A DNA stretch of 64,000 nucleotides from Takakia lepidozioides (lineage: Eukaryota > Plantae > Bryophyta): the NCBI GenBank assembly GCA_030704615.1, contig CM060733.1, positions 56,420,001 to 56,484,000 on the forward strand. The letters run 5' to 3'. The notes under the pieces were generated by a model that was not told the origin of the DNA, did not search any database, and saw only the letters and a list, made by a program, of their open reading frames with translations. A program made the translations under genes and the position numbers. Each line of letters starts with the position of its first letter. Position 1 is the first letter of the stretch. This document shows, piece by piece, positions 1-13,600 of this stretch.

Positions 1-725
1 GATGTGCTGATCATATGGTAGTGAGCTCCCAATGAAGACCTGGATCACTGACATGTTGTAGTGTTTTGTTGCATTGAAGGCCAAATGTGCAGTCGTGCTC
101 CACTCTGCGTCAAGCGTATGCAAAAGGAAGACAGCTTACAGGAGCTATTTCTCCCTTTGAGAGGATGGTTACTGAGTATGGAGTGACTCGTGACAAATTT
201 GCATACACTGCAATATTTTGGGCCTACTGGTCATGTGAATAGTGGGAGGAGGTGGCTTTGTATTTCGGTTGTATGGACAAAGCAGGGTGTAAGCCTGACA
301 GTATCATTCACACTTACCTTGATTCTGCTATATGAGGCACAAGGCCAGGTGGGCATGGCTATGGAGCTTCTCGACTGATAGGAGATTTCTGCATCCTCTA
401 TGCCCACGCAGCAATCAGGCCAAGATTGTGTCTGAGGGTGACTGATGAGGGGGAAATGGTGAACCACTTCGAAGTTTGAAACCTGGGCTTATAAGGAGCC
501 ATCACTGACAGTACATAGACACCATGCATACTGCAAGATGAGAAGCACACCCCTACACTACATCTGTACATTCAGAACCACAGTTAAATCCATCTGTGCC
601 AATCCAAAACTCTTCCTTCCATTCTCTTTCCAATGATACAGAAGCTGGCCAAAGCCAATATCAGTGCTTTTGTCTGGCCATTTCCCCAGCAATTCCTCAC
701 TTACCGACTTATGGAGGGAGAGAGA

Positions 726-2133
726 TTGTACTCATAAGACATTGTTTGCCGTAGCCTTGTGGCCATTGACCCTGCGCCCAGTTTGAGCGGGAACAAAAGG
801 GACAGAACCTACCTCTGTCAGGGGCTGACGTTGGTAGTAAGACTTAACTTCATATATAGAATTAATCCGGGTTTTCCAGATATCCTCTAGAAATCCCTTC
901 ACACAAGCATCAATCTGCTGTGTGTGATTTGCCCAAAAACTAGGCCTCAGGAGGGCCTGGGCTTTTGGCTCAGCCTCGAGACTTTCAAAGTTGGTAAACA
1001 GGGGTACAGGCACAATTCCCTTGATAGATTTGAAGAGAGCGTCTCTTTGGTGAGAGAACCCCGGACAGTGTATCAGAAAATGAATGTTGTCTTCAGATTG
1101 CCCACACAACGGGCAATTGCACTCTCCCTTTCCTCTCTGCTTCTGTTTGCTGTTCAAAGGTAGGCTTCCTGCCCTGAGTTTAAATTTCAGTCTAGTGCCG
1201 AGAGTGGGTAGACCCCTGAGGTCATCCAAGATGTCCTCCCCCATGTCACTGACTGGAAACAAGTTCAGGGAAGTTTTCTGCCTAACTTCATTTTCATCAG
1301 ACAATCTCTGGCAACAGACATGGCTTTGGACACTACAGCCTCTAAGTCAGATTTATCCAGCGGGGTCAGGACTTAAGGATCCAGGTCCAGGTCCTTGAGA
1401 ATCTCTTCTACTCTCTTCTGCCAGGACTTAGCCTGTTTGACAGGGTGGTCCTGTTTCCAAGATATAGAGTCGATTAACTTAGGATATCTGGTGTTGGACA
1501 TATGTTGCAGCTGACCCCACCATCTGACCTTGAATTCATCTCGGGAGCTTAAGGACGGAATGCCAAACTCACCCCGAACAGCCACATTGGCTGTTTTGGA
1601 GCATGCTGACATACACTCAAGCACCCCCACTTGAATGGATTCTAGAGACTTAGCCTGGTTGGAGTTATCAACCCATATTGCAGATCCGTACTCCAAGGCA
1701 GGTCTAATAACGCGACAAAGCATGGTTTTCTTAAGCTCAGAGTTGACCCCTCTGCAGTGGAAAAATTTACAGAGCTTTGCCCTTGCCAGTTTGAACAACT
1801 TTCCGGATATGTGCATCCCAATTACAATTGGAGGAAAACTCAGCGCCCAGGTAAGTGTAGGCAGGGAGGACCGGGATCTCTTGGCTACCCCACTGCCACT
1901 TCAGATCCCTTCCTCCCTCTCCTCTGTCGTTGAATGCACATTTGCTGACATTAGCCTCTGGCCCCCAAAGATCAAAGTATCTCTTCGCGCAATCAATCAA
2001 CTCCTGGAGATTGGTTGGAGTCTCCCCTATGCCTGCGAAGTCATCCGCAAACATAAGGGCTGGTATGGTGGTATCACCCACCCTTAACCCAAATCCCTCA
2101 CTTTCCACATCCTCGAGGAGTTGATTGATGATG
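726..2133 (-). mobile_element. 5'-truncated non-LTR retrotransposon (RTEX-like LINE): RT C-terminal part plus C-terminal Zn finger, frameshifted
   Basis: ORF pieces 1767-2258, 1373-1816 and 732-1304 give LMFADD, YTYLG, RPALEYGSAIW, VRGEFGIPSL and CPLCGQSEDNIHFLIHCP. Flanked by a 17-bp direct repeat TTATGGAGGGAGAGAGA (709-725 / 2134-2150), read as a TSD at a (GA)n tract. Confidence 0.9.
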
Positions 2134-2138
2134 TTATG

Positions 2139-2142
<4 letters not shown>

Positions 2143-2184
<42 letters not shown>
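2143..2184. repeat. (GA)n microsatellite (LINE target)
   Basis: Perfect GA dinucleotide run directly visible. Confidence 0.95.
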
Positions 2185-2187
<3 letters not shown>

Positions 2188-4615
2188 TGATTTTTGTGAG
2201 AAGAAGGTTTTGCCCTGCTGCCAGTTCGAGCTGCACCCGTGCAAGATGCGAGTGCCATAGCTGATCTTCACAAATTCATCTGTAACACCGATAGACGGTG
2301 ACTCTCACCCCGCATCACACATAGAAGGACAGGCAACGAGATGGACACCCGCATCTGAGGGGGGTACCCAAAGGCAAAATTCTTTAGAGAACGTTGATGA
2401 CTGCACCAGAACAGCCATTGCTAGAACCCACAATATGACCACCTCTTTTCTCCTTGAATTTGAGCCCCTCCTCCCTATAAAGCGTCTCCGTCCCTCCGCC
2501 CTCCGCCTTGTTCTGCAAACCAATGTGCACACACCACACAACTCCTATTATCTTCCAAACCACTTAACGAGTAAGAAAAGAAGAGGATGTGCTCCCGCGA
2601 TAATCCTGGTGGACGAAGGAGAAGCAAATGGGGAACAAGTGTACATCAGTACTCCACAAGCTAATGTGTAGGCCAAAGCCGGCCGGAAAATTGGATCACT
2701 GCCACATCTGACAACGATCATCTGCTGCAATCACATACACGGACATCTCTTTAGTTCAGAGCTATCCGTTTGCTATTACACGCCCTCTCAATAGCAAACC
2801 GGGATCATATTGTACTACTAAAAGCCTCCATCTTGAAGTCATATATAAACATAGAAACAAATTCAATCCGTGAAATGACGATGCAAGTTATCTATTTTGA
2901 GGTAATAAGTATGACCAGCATTATCGATACCTCCTGGTTCGGGCACATCTGCGCAAGAGCTGGAGATTTCTATGACTTCAAGAGCGGGCCACCCGCAGAC
3001 TGGCGGGGATCAAGAAGAGGATATTAACGGGAGACCCCCGGGGAACATAAGATAGAAATGGAACCTCCAAAATCTCGAACCTTTCCATCGCAACATTAGA
3101 CTTTTCCCACTGCTACATTTCAATCTCTCCGGTCATTTGATCTGGATGAGCCGGCTGCCTCAACGATTACCGCGTCGTTCACAAATATAACTGAGAGGAA
3201 AGGGCATAATATTAATTACAAGACGAAGAAACATCGAATACCTCCAGCATGCTTCAAATCGATCGCAACTTGACAATCACTATCCTACACATCACCATCT
3301 TCCTCGTCATTTCTGGCACAAGCTCAAGCACTGGGGTTTCATTGCCTCTTCTTCCACCTTAGCTGCAGCTTCTTCATCAGCGAAAGGTGGCCGTAAGGAG
3401 ACTGCGAACAGGAATATGCTCTCCATATTATGGATGAACAGATATCCGCATCCATCTTCTGTTAGGCATCATCCAGGAGCACCGGGTATAACCTTTCTTT
3501 TGTTTTTCGGAAAAGATTTTTCGTTTTATTAATTTATTTGTATTTAATATATAACCGTCTGCTGCAGCAGTGGGAACATTCCGGGCCCGCGAATTGATGA
3601 AGACAATTGATGAAGACAATCGTATTCCTTTGTTGCAAAATCTGGGGCTGATTTTGGCATTAAAACCGCCTGGACAGGTCGCCCGACGAACTCCGAACGG
3701 AGGGAGACGGAAAACAGGAGCGGGGACGTAAACACAGCGAGTTTGGAGGGTGCATTGTGCGGTCCGGAGCGTGGGATGCAAAGGGAAGGAAGGGGACAGT
3801 GGAGTCTGGTGTGATGCGGGCGAAGAGATAGGGTTCACATTTTCTTGTTGTTTTCTTCGCATTCGCTCTGCCACTCTCTGGATCTGGCGCTTGTCTTGTC
3901 TTGCTCACACATTGGAGGGGCATTTGGCCGCGGAGGAGGGGAACCGCAGCGTGCTCTGTCCTGGCAGCCTAAATGTGTCCCGTGGTATGGTGTTTATCGC
4001 ACTCGAGACCTTATAGCAATGATTGTGTGTGTCTGTGTGGGGATGAGCGAAGTGCAGACAGTTGAGTTCCGTTGTGCTCTGCTTGCCGAGGTCTTGTTGT
4101 CAGAATCGGTTGATTTGGCCGTTTCTGGCTGTATGTCTAGTTGAGGTCTGTATAGCATTTGGATATTGTAGTGTTGGAAACTTTCTTGGTTCTCTGGTTT
4201 CTGTTCTGTGTGCGATACAACCCTAAGATAGTTGCCTCTTCTTGTACTACAACTTGTTTCGTTCTCATTTTCGAATGGTTGAGTGTGTACTCTCTGCAAC
4301 TTGTTCTCGGAAGCCTGGGTGTTGAGAGATCAAGTCTGAAATTGTTTCTGTCCTGTCGACATCACCAGACTTGCGGCGTGCATTTCTCATCTGTTGGCTG
4401 TCTTACTGTCATTTCCAGTTTGCCTGTCCTGCACCCCCATTCTTTCTCCGGTGTCTGATTCTGTAGCAATTGTTTTCCTGCTTTTTGTTATCGTCATGTT
4501 CGCTCCCATTGTGAGACGCTTTGGTGCAGTGTCGTCGTTGTCACTCCCTGCTGGTTCTCTTTCTCTTTCTTACTTCATTTCGCTCTTCTGGCTGCATGTG
4601 GTATAAGAAACTTGA

Positions 4616-7600
4616 ATGGCGACTGATGGATCCTCACTAGGACAAGCATGGTTGACTATAATGGGAAGAGAAGCAGAGGTAACAGAGACAGAAAGTGGGC
4701 AAGTAGCGGAGTACTTGACAGACCTTCAGCGGCCTCCTTCACCTGTTAGGGTACCGCATAATGTAGCTGCTGTAGTTGGTATGCCTTGGCTGAAAGAGGA
4801 GGCGGATCCCAGCGGGGATGGGAGAAATGCTTCAGATGACATGGAAACATCAGCCGTAGGTCAAGTTCTCTTCATTAAGAGTGGTGACAGGCAGAAGGGC
4901 CTGCTGCAATCAGAGTTAGATCACTCAGTGTTGGCAGATCAATTTGGACACATTTCTGAGGGGCCGGGTTCGTCCAATTTGCTGTTGCAGTCACCACCAC
5001 TTTCACCTTCAGCCTGGGGTCCAAGTGCAAGCCAACACTTCTCTTATGGAGAATCGTCAATGCTCAATCAGGCAGCTTTTGGACATTTTGATGGACCCTA
5101 TGCACTCTCTGAAGTGGAGCCAGCAGCCCACAGTTTTGAGGCTTTGGCAGCTGAGGTAATGCCAAGTAGACTGAAAGGAAAATTGGAGAATGATGAAGAC
5201 ATGGGAGATCAACCACCAGAGCACGCTCTTGGTTTTCCAAACCTATGGCTTGGAGGGCTCATCATGGAACCCTTGTTTGGTGCTGGACTGTCTCTGCCGC
5301 CGCCTGCAACTAACTCGGGCTTACCTGTCAGAGGAGTGGGGAATGAGTTCTTGCCTGAGCACCAAGGATTGTTGCCGACCAAGGAGACTGGAGATGCTGA
5401 TACTGGAAGTGATATAGAGATTGAGCGGACAGCCCTGCAAGAGCTGCAGCATGGACCACCGCTGCAGCCAAGATCAGCCATGCAGCATTTGCGGTTTCCT
5501 GACAAATTCCGTTTACCCGATAAGATCCATCGCAAGCGGGCAAAATTTCTCCCTTTTCTGTCGTAAGTATACTACTACCTCTGTGCTGCTGGTAACCTGC
5601 ACAATGTTTGCATGGGCTAGTGATCTAGTAAGCAAGGTTGGCATCATCTTTTGACATGGAAGCTTGTCCTTAGGATGGTAAGGATTGAAGGCAACCCAAG
5701 CCAGGTTATCAAGCTTGTGTCTGCAGCACCCATTTCTACAAACTGTCAGTTAAATCAAGTTACAATTTCTTACCAATTTCATAATCTTCCTTTTGGCTTG
5801 TGTTACCCCCTTTTGAGTTATGTAGTTGGATCACTTGCACACAAGCCAAGACAGGAATGTTTACTCAGCATAATTTGTGCAGGCGACGGCATTCATTTGC
5901 AGTAATTACAAGAGGCACGACCACGACAGTGCCAGTTTCAAATCCATCTACACACGCCCGCTTCCCACCTGAAGGGTGTGATAAACCTCCCATACCCCCT
6001 CCGCCACCTCCTCATGGTGACAGTAGAGACCCAATGGATTCTGATGATGTTGAAGATGATGATGATGAGGACGGGGCTGGAAACAATGGTGTTGTTGGGA
6101 TGGATGATAATGAGGTTCGCATGGATCTCACGGATGACTTACTGCACAAGGTGGGCTGACAGGGCAGGCTCACATTTTGAGGAATCCTTACAATGTCTTT
6201 TGGAAACTTAAGTAGTATCAGACATTATTAGATGGCACAATGGTGTGTATATGGCTTCCACAATTAATTTCATGCAGGTTTTAGTTGTACCTGAGGAAAA
6301 TTACAGTATCGATGGACAAGAGCTTGTTAGCAGAAGCTGTGGTTTTGCAACTCAGGAGGTCTTCCAGGTGGATAATTGTGGTTCAGTTCCATTTCCAGAG
6401 TTGCGTTGCATCTCTGATTGCTCATAACCAAAGAAATAGGGTCTTAGTCTCTGAAGTCCATGGATACCTTTATTCCATGATTATCTGTGGAATTTTTGGA
6501 TATGCAGGTAGTAACATGTCCAATGAATTGTTATGTTCAATGTAAGTTGCTACAACATCTTTGTTGGGCAGTTGATTCAAGGGTTTCTTGGACTTACAGG
6601 TTTTTTCATTTCTGGATGCCGATTCCCTTTGTAAGGCAGCTATGGTATGCCGTCAATGGCGTGTGGCAAGTGGTCATGAAGACTTCTGGAAGTTGCTGAA
6701 CTTTGAAATGCGTCAAGTCACCCACGACCAAGGTAGACACACTTCCAAGCTGGTGTTGTATAAGGTTATTCAGACAACAAAGACCCTTCGTTGGATATGG
6801 TATGTATAGGTTAAGGCTGACCGACATTTAGGGTTTTACCCTATGCTTTCCTTACTGGCATTGTAAGTATTATATGACAAGTTTTTTTGTTTTCAATCTT
6901 CTCTTTGTTGTTTTAGTAGAATATTTTTGACCGATGGAGCACCTTAGTAGAGTTCCCTCCCCCAGTCCCAAAATCATTTTTTTTCGTCACAACTGGTGGA
7001 ATTCTAGAGTACCCCACATCTCTTGTGGCAGGATGCCCCTTTCTTCCCTTATACGGAGGATTTTTATGTTGATTGGTTGCTTTACATGAACTGCCAGGGC
7101 TCACTCTTTTGATGTGCCTGTTCAGATCATATTTATTTATGCTAATGACCTGCTTCACTAAATACCTTGCCTCTCTGCAGTTGCACGGTTATGTTCTCGT
7201 TACCCAAAAGCCACACAGCTCAATCTAAAGGGTGCCCCATGTGTGGATGAGATCCTAGTTCGTGAGGCGATGCGATCTCTTCGGTAAGTGTTTCTTTAAC
7301 TTCTGTGAGAAAAGTGCTGTTGCAGAAAGTCGCTCATTAGATTCTGCCTGCCCCATCATTTTGGCCATGCTACCCACCACGTAGTTTGGTTGTGTGTGCG
7401 TGTGTGTGTGTGAGAGGATGTACTCGTAAGACTTTGTTCGCCGTAGCATTGTGGCCATAGACCCCGCGCCCAGTTTGGACGGAAACATAGGGAATAGGCA
7501 CTATGTGAGGGGCTCACTCCAGTATCATGTCTTACGTTGATATGTGTGTGTGTGTGTGTGAGAAGGGGGGGTGGGGACATCTTATTAGAGTGTTCTATCT

Positions 7601-10600
7601 AGTGGATGGACTACTTGTTATGCCTTGGAGCTTTTTACTTACAATTGCTGCAGAAGCTGGCATCAGTCCCTATTCACCACTTCCTTACATTGCTTGTTTT
7701 ATTTGCTGGGGTGGGGGCGGGGGGGACGGACAGGAATCTGGAAGTGCTGACCTTAGGGCGAGGCTTCTTGAGTGATGGTTTCTTTTACGCATTGGTTGAG
7801 TGCGCATCGCTGCAAAAGTTGAGCATCACAGATGCAATATTGGGCAATGGCGGTGCCCAAGAAATTCAGCTCCGGCATGAGTCATTACGTCGTCTTCAAA
7901 TTGTGAAGTGCCGGGTGCTACGCATTGCCATCAGGTCTGTTTGGTTGTCCAAGACTGGATTTTAAATGAGCCATGTTTCTACCTTGTGTGCAGTTTGTAA
8001 TTTAAATTTGGCTCAATTTCAGGTGTCCACAGCTGGAATCACTGTCGTTGAAGCGCACAGGGACTGCCTCAGCCTTGCTTCACTGCCCTCGGCTTGTGAA
8101 CCTGGATGTATCTTCGTGCCACAAGCTTTCTGATGCTGGAGTGCGTGCAGCTGCAACTGCCTGTCCTCTGCTGGCCACTTTGAATATGTCCAACTGCGTG
8201 TATGTTAGCGATGAAACGCTTCGGGAGATCTCATTGGTCTGTACCCATCTCCGCATACTGGATGCTTCCTACTGCCCCAACATCTCACTTGAGGTCAGTC
8301 TATGCAGCAGTGGATCTGTCTGTATGGGGTGCCACTTTGGTCTCCATGATAGGGAAAATTTGTAAGGATTTTACTGTTTCCTACCACAGGATTGGTAAAC
8401 ATTCTTTCTGCACGTAGAGCAATACACATGCATGCATGTTTCAGTTCCTTGGGAGTGGTTTGCAGCTGTTTGCAGCATCCTATTTTCTTGAGACTATCCG
8501 TACCCTGAAAGCAGTGATCATGTGTGCAAGGAAACGTAGCTACCTTTGTGAGGGGCTCACTCCAGTAGTGTGACTTACCTTAGCATAAACAATTCATTTG
8601 GGATTTACAGTTATCCTCTTCACACAAGCATCTATCTGCTGGGTGTGTGAGCAGCCCAAAAGTTAGACCCCAACAGCGCCAGGGCTTTAGGCTTAGCCTC
8701 GAGATTTTGAAAGTTGGTGAAATGTTGGTCATTATAGACAGTCAGGTGGACATCCAGTGGCGTACTCTACCTATATCATGTGGTCTGGAGATGAAATCCT
8801 TCTCTTGCACCTCAGCCTTAAAATTAAACAGCAATCACCAAATCCATCGCTACGCAGGCAGGGAAAATATTTTCAGATGATCTTGACCAATCTCCAAACG
8901 GTCCTCTCACTCTTCTTACAGTCCTCCCTGTGTTAAGTATCTGTCACCTACCAAAATGAATACTGGCCTTTGTTCCTTGTAATAGATGGTCTCAATCTTC
9001 TCTGAAGGTGTCTGGAAATCTGGGGTGAGTGTCAGATCTGGTGGGTTACGATCCTTTCCCACCTTGACGGTTGAGAATCCTTTTGACTTTTGTGCCTCAA
9101 GAAGTACACAATGTCCATGGTGCTTTTTTAAACATCATCACTAAGTGCATCTTTTATCACCTATTAGTTTGATTGTGTAATGCTTTTATCAAAGTTTGCT
9201 AAGGCCGATTTCACTGTTTGCAGGGGGTTCGCATGCCTATGTTGATAGAGTTGAAGGTGGAGAGCTGCGAGGGTATCAATTCCTCATCAATGGCAGCCCT
9301 GTCTCATTGTGTAATGCTCGAGGTAGGGTACACTTCCCTGGAGCCAGTTTATACTAAGTTATGGGTAAGTGCTGAAGGTATAACTGAAATTGGGTGCTCA
9401 GTCGTTGGAGGCATTTTGCAGTCTAAGTTAAGGATGAATGAATGATGAACAATAGTATTGACATCCTCATTGGAGGATACATCAAGACTTCTATCATATT
9501 GTGATTTTGTTAGCAACTTTAGTATGGCCCTATATATAAATGGCAGTCAGACTTCTCAACTCAATTTATAGTGTCACCCATGGTTAAGTTTATCCATGCC
9601 CTATCAGGGTCACCCATAGGAGATTTGTAATAGTTCAGGATCCTACTTTAAATTGAGAGTTTTGAGAGGGAGGTGACTTCAACAGATCATTATGGAGTGG
9701 GCCTTTGTGGCTACATCGGTTCTGGATAGCTGTTCAGATGTGTTGAGAAGAAAGGAAAAATGGCAGTACAAGTGCATAATCTGGTCAAGCAAATCAATTT
9801 ATTAGTTGCACTCAAATCTGGGATACAGGAAGAGTCAAATCCTCGTCTTACATTATGGAGGAGTTTAACGATTACCATGTGAATGATCTGGACTCTTCTC
9901 CAAACAGTAGGTCTTATGTGGCATCTGGGATTTCATCCAACATGGGAGGCCAATCATGTTGCAGGTGCTGGCAATGGATTTATGCTGGCTGCTGACAGCG
10001 GTGACACTCGACCTTCCACGCTTGCGCGCCATCTCTTTGAGCCACAATCGCAAGTCTGTCCCTTCTCCTTCTTTGTTTGGAACCTATGCTGTACCCTCAC
10101 ATAATTCTGAACTGCAGGATAACTAAGGAAGATGTGTGGACTTTCAGTTTAACGTTAATGGACCATGTGTGGCCTTGCAATTTGTGAGAGGTAAGTTTCA
10201 AGGACAAGCCATTAGTGGTTCTTGACTATATGGCTGTGGTGTGGTTCTCTGGCCTTTCACCAAAAGGGCTGGGCAGGAGAGGCTAGGCTAAAATGGAATA
10301 GGGAGCTGGCACATGTGAGAGCGGATGAGGTTTGAAACATTTCTAGGCTGTCTGAGTTATTTGAGGTGGACAGGTGGCTGGAAAATAAACTCATCAGCAG
10401 GTAAGAAACCTGTAATTTTAGATATACCTTCAGGTGGTGATGTGCGCCCACCAAACCTTTTTGAAGGCATTTGTGCCATGTCTGTAAGAAAAAATATTCC
10501 TTGGTTCCTCTGGCTCAAACCTGGTTCTGCTTATTAATTGTATTTGCAGTTTGGGGAATGCCTCTAATTGTTGCGGAAATGGGGGTTTGACAGGTTTGTG

Positions 10601-13600
10601 GAGCTCACACTGCGCAGCCCTGCACTCCTTCAACTCAATCTCACCCACTGCCCTGCGCTCAATCGGGTGGATATTTCCTCCAGCAGTCTTCAGGTGTGGC
10701 TTTGCGAAACTCCCTGTGAGGAGAGTAAAAGGGTCAGATGTAGATGGGGTTTTATTCATATTGCGAGGAGCTCATCTGCAACAATGCACTGTGTGTAGTC
10801 TGTGGTGTCTGGCCAATTGCTGCAGTCCTCAATGTTTATTCAAGCACCCTCTTGCCCTTCCATACTTGGTCTAGGTGTATAACTTTCTGATCTCTTTCTT
10901 TGACCATTGTCACTTGAATTTAGGCATTTGTTAGCTATTTTCAATGCAGAGTTTTCTATACATTATAGCATCATCCAACTCCCTAAATGTAGTTGGGGTG
11001 ACAGCAGTTGTGGGACTTAAAAGTTGACGCATTAAATGGTTGCATTAAATTTCATGACACCATTGCTCTCAAAGTTTTATGTCTGTATTCTGCTTTTACC
11101 AGATCTGTTCCGATGTCACTGCTAATCTTGCATTAGTATGGCAAACTTTTACAGCTAGTTGGTTTTTCATATCTTCAGCCCGCCCTTTCTGGCTGGTGAT
11201 TTCTTGCAGAAAAGGACACTTTGGTAGTTCTCACTGTGGTAGAAAATGTCTTTCCCTCTCTTCTCTCTTCTTTGAACTCTTTGAACTCTGCAAGATATGG
11301 ATGTGCTGCAGTGATAAGTGGGTTTTTGGCTTAAAACTTGGATGTGGCAGAAATTGGAGTTAAGGCAGCAAATGGGGCTGGCAAGTATGGCCTTGCAATG
11401 CCCTTGGCTGAGAGAGGTGGATCTGACTGAGTGTGAGTCTTTGACTGACTCAGTATGCAAAGTCTTCAGTGATGGGGGCGGCTGCCCCATGCTGAATTCT
11501 CTCATTCTCGACAACTGTGATGTATTTTTCATGAACCTTGTTCTCTTATCTCCTGTCTTCTCCTGTATTACCTGCTCATTTGGCATGTAGAAAGGATAAA
11601 ACTCTACAGTTTCATGGGGTTGATGGCCACAGGTCTGCCTTTGGTCTTTAAATTTTCCTTCACATCAATGATGAGGAGACTCTCTGGATACAACCTAACC
11701 TAGTGCAAAATGTATGGTGGAATGCCCAGGCATATGTAGGGTCTTTGTGTCCCGTATGTCCCAATGACAGTCTCTGTAACTTAGTTGGTTTGAGGCTGTT
11801 TATTTTCAAATGGGCCCTGCCAGTGCTTGTCTAATGGTCTGTGCCAGTGCTTTATAGTTGTACAGGCTCAACATGTAACTTCTAGCCAAAAGACAAGCGT
11901 TGTGATGTAAGCATCGTTGGACTTATAGGCTGCTATCCTGTCAGCAAGTTGTTTGCAAGATAGGAAATTTCCTGGATTAAAACGATAAACAACAGGCCAA
12001 GGGACGTTAGTTGCATGTTTTTGTATGTTCGTGGTGGCTGATGCTTGTGTGATGGTTTGTAGGGCTTGGGAGAAGTGAAGCTGTCAACCTCATCACTCAA
12101 CAAGCTCTCACTCGTGGGCTGCCGCAACATATCTTCGCTGGAGCTGGCTTGCCCGGTCCTTCACCACCTCCAACTGGACGGCTGTGATCGCCTGATCGCT
12201 GCCTCTTTTGCTCCGGTGTGTCTCTTATGTTACCTTCTGTTGCGTTATAATGTTTCTTCTCTCTCTCTCTATCTAGCCCAGGCCCTTTTGGGGCCTAGTT
12301 CTTGGGCAAACCACACACAGCAGATTGATGCTTATGTAAAGGGATTTCTAGAGGATATCTGGAAAAGTCGGAGCAAGTGTCCGTTCCAAGGTTAGTCATA
12401 CTACCGGTGTCAGCCCCTGACAAAGGTAGTTTCTGTCCCTTTGTGTTCCGCTCAAACTGAGCGCAGGATCAATGGCCACAAGGCTACGGCAAACAACGTC
12501 TTATGAGTACATTCGTGCCTGCTTTCTATATCAAGTCCCACTTCTGGAGTGAGCCCCTCACAAAAGTAGTGTCTGTTCCCTGCTGAAATTGGGCAGGGGG
12601 TCTTTGGCCACAGTGCTACGGCAAACATAGTCTTATGAGTCCATTCTCTCTCTCTCTCGCAGAATGGAGTGGCGAACCTAGTTGTAAGCCAACCCCAAAG
12701 GTCTATGCAGGAAGACCCTGTCAGTCAGACCTGCCTTTGCGTGCAGTGATTGATCAAGCTTTGAACAAAGGATATGGCATGCTGAAAGGCATGCCAACAC
12801 TAAAAGTTTACTTGAGGCAGTCAAAGTTTGCAAGCAAAGAAGCTGACCCATTAATGCAGAACTGCAGGATGTCTAGAAGCATTCAAAGGCAACTTAAACA
12901 ACAGAGAATTTGTATGAAATAGGCTGGCCTGTGGCGGGGCAGCCTTAAGTTCAGTGGGCTGATTAACCAAAGGGAGCAATTTGAAGCAAGTCTTCAAGCT
13001 ATTGGCCTTCACATTTGTGCCAGGCAAGATACATAGGAAGCTAAGCACAAGATGTTTAGGAATGTCGTAGGTTAGAAGTGGTATGGTAAGGTGTGTTCCC
13101 TCAAGACGGCTTGTGCAAAGCGTGGTCACAAAGGAGTGGGGTTGTTTGTCCGTGATTTCCTGTGTGATAGTTGTGAAATCATCAACAAGGAACTTCAGTA
13201 CAAACACAGTATTTGGCTGTGACTGAAACTGAAGGGTGGCGTGAGGGATAAGGACTTCTTTGTCTTTGATGACCTTTAAGTTCAATTGCACTAAGTTTGT
13301 TACCAAGGACCAGACTTTTACGCCCAGGTGGGCAAGGTCTACGACAGGACAATGCCCTTGGGCTTTTTGGTGGGTATGAGCATAAATCCAACGGCAAGCG
13401 GCTTTCAATTGCCTGAAAGAGCTTCAGCTTTTGATGTTGAACAACAAAAGGTTGAAAGGCGACGTGTTGCAGTGGAGTCGTGAAAAAGCAGAAAGTGGCG
13501 AATGGTCCATTGTGGATTATATCATAGTGGATAAGGAGTTGTTTCCTCAGTGTGCCAAAGTCCGATATGTACTTCTGACCACTTTCTTGTCTGGACTGAG

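Noticed and set aside
1767-2258. 163-aa ORF as a real gene
   Set aside because: Chimeric read-through: flanking DNA, then (TC)n giving SLSLSL, then LINE RT.
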